From positions 1-25,075 of the IMG/VR virus record IMGVR_UViG_3300026931_000018: a DNA stretch of 25,075 nt. One strand, written 5' to 3'. The position numbers and the translations under genes are program-made. Numbering within the stretch: the first letter of the stretch is position 1; each line of letters begins with the position of its first letter. The notes beneath the pieces are model-generated. The model saw nothing but the letters and a program-made list of their open reading frames with translations, made no database searches and was not told the origin of the DNA. Of this stretch, positions 18,219 to 24,997 are shown piece after piece. Source of the DNA: a virus (lineage: Duplodnaviria; Caudoviricetes).

Positions 18219-18850
18219 TATTTATTATTTTCCCATGAATTTTTTATTGCTACTTGTATCTCAAAACCTACTGCTTCCGACAAGTCCTTTTGGAACTCTG
18301 CTGAATTAAATAGTTTTAAAGCATTGTCAAAATAGTTTGTCTGCTCAATACCTTTCTTTTTTATACTTCTTGCAAAGGCAGTCGCTAAACTTCTTAATTT
18401 GGTTGTTTGGCTTACTGTACTTCTTATTGACTTTCTTTTCTTTTCTAAACCAGATATAGTGTATTTGTCGCTTGGTCTAATATTGTGCCTTGTAATCCAA
18501 CCTTGCATTGCATCTATCATTTTTTTAGATGCTCCTTTAGTTTTGAATTTATAAGGACTTCCACTTAAAGTTTTACCTACTCCGGCAACCCCTTGATTGA
18601 CAAAATCCCAATACTCTGCAGCTTTACTGTCTTTAGGATAGCCAATTGTAACCATATAGCTTTTACCCATATAGCTTACATCAAAGGTCATATCTAATAA
18701 AGCACCGGTATCAATCTTCTGCTTTGCTCTTAAATTCCTTTGTGCTGCTTCAATAAACTTCTTGGCGTAGGTAGCTAACAAATCCTCTACCACATCCATT
18801 CTTCCGGTTGTAGTAAAATCTTGTTTATTATCTCCTATTGTATAAATCAT
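18218..18850 (-). CDS. HK97-gp10-like neck/tail completion protein
   Basis: Basic protein with DTG.L, YW.FV.QGV.G and ARSI.KKGI..T.YF. Confidence 0.6.
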   Translation of the reverse strand: MIYTIGDNKQDFTTTGRMDVVEDLLATYAKKFIEAAQRNLRAKQKIDTGALLDMTFDVSYMGKSYMVTIGYPKDSKAAEYWDFVNQGVAGVGKTLSGSPYKFKTKGASKKMIDAMQGWITRHNIRPSDKYTISGLEKKRKSIRSTVSQTTKLRSLATAFARSIKKKGIEQTNYFDNALKLFNSAEFQKDLSEAVGFEIQVAIKNSWENNK

Positions 18851-19119
18851 TTCAAGTTTTTAATCTGTTGTTGCTCGTAATCTTGTTTCGCTTTCAAATA
18901 TGCTAAATCATTTAAGAATTGAAGTACCGGCATATCGTATACCTCATCTAACTTTACTCTTTCGTGTTCGGCAACAATTGCTGCTTGATAGATCCAGCCA
19001 TAAGTGTCCATAAATCGTTTACCACTTTCTCGGACTCGGATTGGCTCATCTTCGCTGCTTTCAATAGGCTCTCCAAATAGTCCTTTGAATTGTCCATCCA
19101 ATTTAGATATACTTTGCAA
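18847..19119 (-). CDS. -1 frameshift extension of the tail assembly chaperone (gpGT-like)
   Basis: The ORF opens at a T9 run (19118-19126) in the -1 frame of the upstream gene; contains YGWIY...FLNDLAYLKAK. Confidence 0.75.
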   Translation of the reverse strand: MQSISKLDGQFKGLFGEPIESSEDEPIRVRESGKRFMDTYGWIYQAAIVAEHERVKLDEVYDMPVLQFLNDLAYLKAKQDYEQQQIKNLK

Positions 19120-19607
19120 AAAAAAACAACCATTCCGTAAACCTCTACAATTGATGCACTCAACAAATCCTCTGCATATATATCGTGGTCTTGGTCTTGA
19201 TATTTTAAATCCCTATAACCAAACCAACTCTTTTTTTGTGGCATTACCATTGAAGCTGCAATCCTATGTAAGTTCTGTACTACATCTCTTTGGAAGTATT
19301 TAGTTGTTATATATCTACCCGTTCCACCTACTCTTATTTCTCTTATATCTGGAATGAAACGATAAACATTGCCATTTGCTTTGATATACTTACAAGTTTT
19401 GCTCGGTAGTTGCTCTTTGTAGATAAATTCAATCTCCTTGCATTTCTTGTTAAATTCGTTCATAGGCATAGCATCTACTTGCTTTTCAGTCAAGTTGTAT
19501 AGAATTGCTACTACCTTAACGATAGCTTCAAAGTTGTCATCTGTTTTAAGTTGTTCCAATTGTTGAAACTGATAAACGCTGACTGAGTGCCAATCCATTT
19601 TGCTCAT
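18954..19607 (-). CDS. tail assembly chaperone (gpG-like)
   Basis: 217 aa containing the slippery GTT TTT TTT TGC (VFFC). Confidence 0.7.
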   Translation of the reverse strand: MSKMDWHSVSVYQFQQLEQLKTDDNFEAIVKVVAILYNLTEKQVDAMPMNEFNKKCKEIEFIYKEQLPSKTCKYIKANGNVYRFIPDIREIRVGGTGRYITTKYFQRDVVQNLHRIAASMVMPQKKSWFGYRDLKYQDQDHDIYAEDLLSASIVEVYGMVVFFCKVYLNWMDNSKDYLESLLKAAKMSQSESEKVVNDLWTLMAGSIKQQLLPNTKE

Positions 19608-19630
19608 AAATTAATTGTTGTAGTTTATTT

Positions 19631-19638
19631 TAAATAGG
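19631..19638 (-). promoter_or_regulatory. putative late promoter motif CCTATTTA
   Basis: Intergenic after terL and upstream of the tail block. Confidence 0.55.
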
Positions 19639-19656
19639 TAAAAAATAGAAAGTACC

Positions 19657-20802
19657 CTACGAAAAGGAGTATTGCCCAAACCCACCTTGTAGGTAAGTGA
19701 GTGCCACATATCTTAAAGCATCAATTGCGTGGTCATTCATTCCTATAACTTCATTAAGCATTTCGCCATTTTTTTGCTTCCACTTGTAACTTGCTAACTC
19801 TCTTAATAGATTAGTACTATCGTTTGTGATATTCATTTTAAATGCCTTTAAGATATTCAATCCAGCTCTTACCGAGTCAGCCCCTTTCTTTACTCCACTT
19901 GCATTGATACCACAATTAAATAACTCTTGAATAGATTTAGGCTCACTACTATCTGCAATAACCGAAGCAATACCTTGCTCTTTTAATTTATCTGCTAACA
20001 TTGGATTAGTCAATTGCCTTTCATAAACAAACTCCTTAATATAAAGCTCTCCATTATACCTCCATACCCCAACACAAGCCGAAGGATCATTTGTAAACCC
20101 AAAGTCCAAGCCATAACCGACTAATTCTGCATCACTTGGTATTTCGCTACACCTTGTATAGTTTCTAAATACTAAACCCTCAATCTTTCCGGTTATTCCT
20201 CTGGCATATACTTTCCATAATTCAAGATCAACCTCTTTGAGATTTTCAATTTTCTCAACTAACTTCTTGTCTATAAATGGATTGTGCCTATAATCGGATA
20301 TTAATAATTTAACATTTGGTTGTCCTAAAAGTTTCTCATGCACCCAAAAAGCCTCATTTGGATTGTAATCAATATAGGTTTTAACTTTAGTACGCATATA
20401 AAGCTCATTAAATACATCGTAATGCACCCCATTTGCCTCATTGATAAATAAGTAATCCCTTTTACCATTCTTGGCATCTTGAGCATCATCATAGCTCTTA
20501 AACTCTATTATACTTCCAGATTGAAAGGTAAATATTCTATCCGACTTGTTATATTCCTTAACTAATTGTTTTAGTTCCTCGCTTGAGCTCCAAATAGTGA
20601 TGGCATCTCTTAACGCTCCGGCTTTTAAGTTAGGTATATCTTGACCAGCTATTGTTATAACTAAATTCGGCTGACTTACTGCAAAAGTAAATAGCACCTG
20701 GAGGATAGAGTAGGTTTTACCAGAGGAAGTACCCCCTTGATTTACTACAATATCCTCTTTGGCATCTAAATTAGCTTTATAAAGTACTCCGGTTGTGAAC
20801 AT
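19657..20802 (-). CDS. terL: terminase large subunit, PBSX/SPP1-like (start revised to MFTTG)
   Basis: Walker A QGGTSSGKT, Walker B LFINEAN, DYNP, nuclease GLDFGFTNDP, DHAIDALRY. Confidence 0.95.
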   Translation of the reverse strand: MFTTGVLYKANLDAKEDIVVNQGGTSSGKTYSILQVLFTFAVSQPNLVITIAGQDIPNLKAGALRDAITIWSSSEELKQLVKEYNKSDRIFTFQSGSIIEFKSYDDAQDAKNGKRDYLFINEANGVHYDVFNELYMRTKVKTYIDYNPNEAFWVHEKLLGQPNVKLLISDYRHNPFIDKKLVEKIENLKEVDLELWKVYARGITGKIEGLVFRNYTRCSEIPSDAELVGYGLDFGFTNDPSACVGVWRYNGELYIKEFVYERQLTNPMLADKLKEQGIASVIADSSEPKSIQELFNCGINASGVKKGADSVRAGLNILKAFKMNITNDSTNLLRELASYKWKQKNGEMLNEVIGMNDHAIDALRYVALTYLQGGFGQYSFS

Positions 20803-20945
20803 TATTTTAAGGTAAAATCCTTTTGTAATAGGAATATGGTTGTTGTGTTGGTTGTGTGAATGCTTATTATTACCCACCCCTCATCAAGATAGGCATTTAC
20901 TTTGTCTATATCATTTGCAATAACTCGTTGTTTTTTGTCGTTCAT
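20802..20945 (-). CDS. hypothetical protein (47 aa, absent from the ORF track)
   Basis: MNDKKQRVIANDIDKVNAYLDEGWVIISIHTTNTTTIFLLQKDFTLK; its TAA overlaps the terL ATG (TAATG). Confidence 0.7.
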   Translation of the reverse strand: MNDKKQRVIANDIDKVNAYLDEGWVIISIHTTNTTTIFLLQKDFTLK

Positions 20946-20964
20946 ATTTTGTTATTTATCGTTC

Positions 20965-21134
20965 AATATACCCTTAATGGTATAAATAAGTTGTTTTAAT
21001 GTGATAATATACCTTTAAAGGTACAAAAAGTGTTGTTTTATGTTGTTTTATGACAATTTAATGTGATTTTTATTAGTGACCTTATTAGTGACCTTATTGG
21101 TGACTCAATATTCAACTGTTGTATTTTTTGCAAC
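20965..21134. repeat. array of palindromes and short tandem repeats between terS and terL
   Basis: TATACC-N6-GGTAYA x2 (20967, 21008); tgttgtttta x2 (21031-21050); tttaatgtgat x2 (20995, 21057); ttattRgtgacY x3 (21070-21105); gttgta-N5-tgcaac (21118-21134). Confidence 0.85.
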
Positions 21135-21523
21135 TATTTAATCTCGTTCTCGCTACTTGCTAAAGGTATTGCACTTTCTACTACCTTAACATTTACAGTA
21201 TTAATAGTTACTTCTTGGCTTACAGTTTCTTTTGGTTTACCATATACCCTACTCATTAAAGTATCTAAAGAATATAAGCTGCCTTTCTCAAGAGATTTCT
21301 TTAAAGCATTTGCGACTGTCTTTTCTAATATCGTTGCATTTGGATTTTTAAAGGTATCTGCCAACTCTTCAAGAGTCATAGACATAAGTACCTGGATAGC
21401 ATCGTTTACCTCGCTCATTTTGTACCCTTGCTCTTTTAAAGCTGATACAAACTTTCTTGGTCTGCCATTAGGATTTCTTACCTCTCCTTTTTTAGCCGGT
21501 CTTAAATTCTGTTCGTTAGCCAT
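21134..21523 (-). CDS. terS: terminase small subunit (DUF5681-like)
   Basis: KKGEVRNPNGRP N-terminal motif and R.YGKPK; lies upstream of terL. Confidence 0.75.
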   Translation of the reverse strand: MANEQNLRPAKKGEVRNPNGRPRKFVSALKEQGYKMSEVNDAIQVLMSMTLEELADTFKNPNATILEKTVANALKKSLEKGSLYSLDTLMSRVYGKPKETVSQEVTINTVNVKVVESAIPLASSENEIK

Positions 21524-21528
21524 TTCTC

Positions 21529-21627
21529 TTATTTGTTTCTAAATTTTTGTAGTTTATCACACATTACAATTATAAGCAATATTAAGGCTTTTAAACCTAC
21601 TATACTAAACATTATTTGATATATCAT
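21529..21627 (-). CDS. small single-TM peptide (32 aa, absent from the ORF track)
   Basis: ATGA-coupled to the upstream gene: MIYQIMFSIVGLKALILLIIVMCDKLQKFRNK; fills the gap before terS. Confidence 0.5.
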   Translation of the reverse strand: MIYQIMFSIVGLKALILLIIVMCDKLQKFRNK

Positions 21628-21812
21628 CTATTAAACTTTTCGTTAAAGTATTGCTCTGCTGATTGGTAGCTATTACTCTCAATATATGCAGTTTTAACTT
21701 GATGCTCGTGTATTTGTTGAGCCTTTATGAATGCTATTAGTAAGTCATTACCTATGAAGTATCTATTTTGCTCCATGAATGATTGTAAGAATTCAACTGG
21801 TGATTGTTCCAT
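21624..21812 (-). CDS. hypothetical phage protein
   Basis: 62 aa (QSPVEFL...AEQYFNEKF) with a TAA-CT-ATG junction. Confidence 0.7.
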   Translation of the reverse strand: MEQSPVEFLQSFMEQNRYFIGNDLLIAFIKAQQIHEHQVKTAYIESNSYQSAEQYFNEKFNR

Positions 21813-21814
21813 AG

Positions 21815-22072
21815 TTATTTATGATATTCTATTACTTTTTTATGTGTTTCTATTAAGAAGGCTTTATAATTCTTTTTATCTCCGTAGCGAATATGGCAAA
21901 TTCTACATAATGCTTGTAAGTTCTCTATTGTATCTTCCTTTTTCGTGCCACCCATACCCCTACAATCAATATGATGAATATCAGTAGCCTTTGTGCCACA
22001 TACTTCACAAGGTATGAATGATCCGGTATCATATCCGAAGTAATCAAGGTATAGTTTTGTGTGTTTTTGCAT
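21815..22072 (-). CDS. HNH endonuclease
   Basis: CEVCG..DIHHI....NLQALCRICH. Confidence 0.9.
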   Translation of the reverse strand: MQKHTKLYLDYFGYDTGSFIPCEVCGTKATDIHHIDCRGMGGTKKEDTIENLQALCRICHIRYGDKKNYKAFLIETHKKVIEYHK

Positions 22073-22073
22073 A

Positions 22074-22508
22074 TTAAAATTCTACTCCACATGATGGACA
22101 GATAGTTCCACTCCCTTTTGTATTGTCTTCTTCCTTATCTTCATTCCAAATAGGCACATCTAAACCCCAATTTTGAAGCTCTATTGCATCCCATTCATTA
22201 GCTAACTGCTCATAATCCCATTCTCCAGCATTAATATTATCTCTAATTAAGAACTCTTTTAGCTCTTTAGCATTAAAATCAGTAGCTTTCTTTACCCAAA
22301 TATCTTCTATTTCTTTGTAATTTAAGTCAAGTAAAGCTCTATATCTTTGGTTTCCACCTACTATTATGTTATTCTCATCTACAATTATAGGTCTTAACTC
22401 AAGCATTTTAGGGAATGTCCTTATGCTTTCTACCAATTTCTTAAAATTCTCGTTTCTTACTACTCTTGGATTTTCTGGATTGAGCTTTAAACTTGATAAT
22501 TTTATCAT
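22074..22508 (-). CDS. ParB/Srx-like N-terminal domain protein
   Basis: NPENPR...L..SI..F....RPIIVD....GGNQRYRA; C-terminal CPSCG. Confidence 0.85.
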   Translation of the reverse strand: MIKLSSLKLNPENPRVVRNENFKKLVESIRTFPKMLELRPIIVDENNIIVGGNQRYRALLDLNYKEIEDIWVKKATDFNAKELKEFLIRDNINAGEWDYEQLANEWDAIELQNWGLDVPIWNEDKEEDNTKGSGTICPSCGVEF

Positions 22509-22933
22509 TTGAATAGTTTGCCTTCGGTTTTAGTCATTTTATTTATTAAATCTATTTGTTCTTGGTTGTTATCGTAATGGATAGCTACTCCCAACCTCTT
22601 AACTGTTTCCCACTTGTTCTTACCATTCGTAAAGTAAATATCACTCCTTCTTATTCCGAGCTTGTCAGCCACTTCAAATACCGATTTACTATCCTTACTT
22701 TGTCTTGCAGTAATGATTAATACTCTATATCCTTCTGCTAACATTTGCTTTGCTTTCTCTTGACCTTTTGTAGTGCTTAAGGTATCATCAAAGTCAAAAC
22801 TCACTACCTTAGCAGCAAATTCCCCTTGAGCTAATATTGCACGATATACCTTCTCGGCTTTTCCTTGCGTGTCATAAATGCAAGATCCGTTACCTATTCG
22901 GTACTTTCCATTTGAGCACTTATATACCGGCAT
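22505..22933 (-). CDS. HAD-superfamily phosphatase with an N-terminal Cys-containing leader
   Basis: Motif I SFDFDDTL, motif II ITAR, motif III K, motif IV HYDNN; capless, PNKP-phosphatase-like. Confidence 0.8.
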   Translation of the reverse strand: MPVYKCSNGKYRIGNGSCIYDTQGKAEKVYRAILAQGEFAAKVVSFDFDDTLSTTKGQEKAKQMLAEGYRVLIITARQSKDSKSVFEVADKLGIRRSDIYFTNGKNKWETVKRLGVAIHYDNNQEQIDLINKMTKTEGKLFK

Positions 22934-23231
22934 CTACTTTCTTTTTAGATTTCTTACCATTCGCACTGTCTTGATTAGGTGCTTCATTCGGTTGTTCAGC
23001 GACTTTAATGCTTTCTTTATATTTATTGGCATAATTATATACTCGGTTTACAAGTTCAAAAACGCAGCTTCCACAGTTGTTTCTATCATTGCTTTCATAG
23101 ATATACTTGTTGTGGATTGCTTTATATTGCTCAAATACTGGTTGAGTTAAATTTCTCAATACTTCATATTGAATGCTAATTGAGTTGTCTAATTGGGTAA
23201 CAAATAAAAAATCTAATTCTTCTTGTGTCAT
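22920..23231 (-). CDS. hypothetical protein with CxxC
   Basis: 103 aa containing NNCGSCV. Confidence 0.7.
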   Translation of the reverse strand: MTQEELDFLFVTQLDNSISIQYEVLRNLTQPVFEQYKAIHNKYIYESNDRNNCGSCVFELVNRVYNYANKYKESIKVAEQPNEAPNQDSANGKKSKKKVDAGI

Positions 23232-23461
23232 TTTCTTATAAATTTAATGATTAATTGAAATAAGATTACCGAAAGGAATGCACCTATAATAATCTCTTTA
23301 ATATAAATAGGCAAAAGTGAAATTATTAAATAAGCATATACCGGAAGACAATACTCACAACCAAATGGCTTCTTTTTTAAATACTTATTCCAGCTTGGAA
23401 CTTGGTAGATTTCAAACCATACTACCATTACAATCAAAGTTGCTATGATATTTTGTAGCAT
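23228..23461 (-). CDS. membrane protein with KPFxCxxC motif
   Basis: 77 aa, three hydrophobic stretches, KKPFGCEYC. Confidence 0.7.
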   Translation of the reverse strand: MLQNIIATLIVMVVWFEIYQVPSWNKYLKKKPFGCEYCLPVYAYLIISLLPIYIKEIIIGAFLSVILFQLIIKFIRK

Positions 23462-24081
23462 ATAGGGGTAAATTTATTTTCTTTATTTTCTTGTACTTTT
23501 TTAAATATCTTATCCAGCTCATCAAGTATTTGGTCAATGTCCCATTCTTTAGGAACATCTATTTCACACTCAATAGTGAATTTGATTTTCTCATTAAATA
23601 AATCGCTCATTTTAGCTTTTCTTTTGATTTTAGAGATAGTTTCATAAATACTACGCACCGGTATGCCAGTATCATTGCTTAATTTTTTAGCTTTGCAATT
23701 ATATTTTAAATAGTATTTAAGTAGGTTGTTCTCGTAGAATGGTAGATTATCGTGAAATTCCTCCACCTTTTCAAACTTTGCCTCCATTATCTCAAAATCA
23801 CTTGGAGTTTCTACCATATTAGGTACTTCCTCATAAACTTTTCTAAATTTATTATGGAATGTACTATCATTGGACTTGATCATGTTTAAAATTGTTCTTA
23901 TAACGTAGAATTTGAGATACCCATCATTATTCATTTGGAATAATCTCTCTTCTGGAAGATTACATACTACTAACATCACTTCGGATAGCAATTCATCTCG
24001 TAAATGCTCCGGCTGCATTTTAGAGATTACGTCTTTTAATTCTCTTGAATTATAAAGGTCAGTTATTATCTGATGCCTCAT
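23443..24081 (-). CDS. sigma-70/ECF-like transcription factor
   Basis: Region-2-like DELLSEVML...KFYVIRTILN and region-4-like HTH KKLSNDTGIPVRSIYETISKIKRK. Confidence 0.6.
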   Translation of the reverse strand: MRHQIITDLYNSRELKDVISKMQPEHLRDELLSEVMLVVCNLPEERLFQMNNDGYLKFYVIRTILNMIKSNDSTFHNKFRKVYEEVPNMVETPSDFEIMEAKFEKVEEFHDNLPFYENNLLKYYLKYNCKAKKLSNDTGIPVRSIYETISKIKRKAKMSDLFNEKIKFTIECEIDVPKEWDIDQILDELDKIFKKVQENKENKFTPICYKIS

Positions 24082-24367
24082 CTTCGTGGATCATTGACAA
24101 AATTAAAGAATATGTTATAAGGTCTTGTAAGCTATCTTTCATACTCTCATTTCTTGCATCTTTGCCAATTAAATTGACAATTCTTGATATTTTAATTCCT
24201 ATTTGATTAAGGCAAACCTGGAATGCAGTAGTGCCACATAACATCCCAGTTTCCTTAAAATTGCTTAATCTATCTTCATTTGCATAGTCATCGCCTTTGC
24301 TTTCCAAAAGGTCTAATATATCCTTGAATATATCTCTTGCAAATTGTAATTGTTGCTCTTTATTCAT
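24059..24367 (-). CDS. DUF1599/nucleotide-modification-associated domain protein
   Basis: K..DYA....NF...K.SR..NL...ES..DSL.DL..Y pattern. Confidence 0.7.
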   Translation of the reverse strand: MNKEQQLQFARDIFKDILDLLESKGDDYANEDRLSNFKETGMLCGTTAFQVCLNQIGIKISRIVNLIGKDARNESMKDSLQDLITYSLILSMIHEDEASDNN

Positions 24368-24603
24368 TAGAAAGGTAAGTTTTCTTCTTTTTTAGTTGCA
24401 ACCTCTATTTTCCCATTAGTCCAAGCCACTTTCCCATTACCCACATAAACTTTCTTTTCTTTAGCTTCTCTTTGCTCTTTAGTTTGTTGTAAACTTATAG
24501 CAACATTATTGCCATATTTATCTTGCTCATCGTTAATAGATGCAGTATAGTACTTATATGTACCATCTTCTTGCTTTAGGCTGAAATTTACCAGTGCTGA
24601 CAT
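24367..24603 (-). CDS. putative ssDNA-binding protein
   Basis: D.YGNN...QTKEQRE......GNG with an acidic-LPF C-terminus typical of SSB tails. Confidence 0.5.
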   Translation of the reverse strand: MSALVNFSLKQEDGTYKYYTASINDEQDKYGNNVAISLQQTKEQREAKEKKVYVGNGKVAWTNGKIEVATKKEENLPF

Positions 24604-24605
24604 AG

Positions 24606-24944
24606 TTATTGTTTTTTATTTTGTTCTTTTATTAGTTGTTCGGAATATTCCTCAAGTTTTGCTCTGTTCTCTTCGTTTAGAATTACATAGTTGTTAGCCA
24701 TACTATCAATAGCTCCGGCATTTGCTAAATCAATCTCATACATTTTTCTAAAATCTTCATGAGTAATTTTCATTAGTAAATCTCTATTAATAAAATCAAG
24801 CCTACCGGTATAACCTTTTAAAGTTTGTTTAGCTCCGTAAGTTGCTCCGGTTTCTGTAATTATAAAATCAAAGTAATCTCTACTCAATTTAGCATAAAGT
24901 AAAGCCTTTGCAAAGTAAAAAGCATCTGTTGTTTTCGCTGCCAT
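24606..24944 (-). CDS. hypothetical protein
   Basis: 112-aa co-oriented ORF. Confidence 0.7.
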   Translation of the reverse strand: MAAKTTDAFYFAKALLYAKLSRDYFDFIITETGATYGAKQTLKGYTGRLDFINRDLLMKITHEDFRKMYEIDLANAGAIDSMANNYVILNEENRAKLEEYSEQLIKEQNKKQ

Positions 24945-24997
24945 AGTGTAAAATTAAGGTTTTTTGTTAGTTTAAATTATTTTATTAGTTTTTTTAT

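Noticed and set aside
20803-20877. His/Asn-rich N-terminal extension of TerL (MGNNKHSHNQHNNH)
   Set aside because: It is an off-frame reading of the 47-aa upstream ORF; TAATG coupling supports the start at 20802.
20965-21105. Mini-CRISPR array
   Set aside because: Only two imperfect 18-21-bp units with about 20-bp gaps, the 12-mers have no spacers, and no cas genes are in the window. The same applies to 2488-2548.
21038-21133. TTG-started ~31-aa ORF across the repeat array (LQKIQQLNIESPIRSLIRSLIK...)
   Set aside because: Weak start, and the peptide repeat simply mirrors the 12-bp DNA repeat. Not excluded, but unsupported.
63-23150. Plus-strand ORFs in the track (63, 1716, 3742, 12434, 16087, 19004, 21063, 21727, 22878)
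   Set aside because: All are antisense shadows of well-supported minus-strand genes and have no recognisable motifs.
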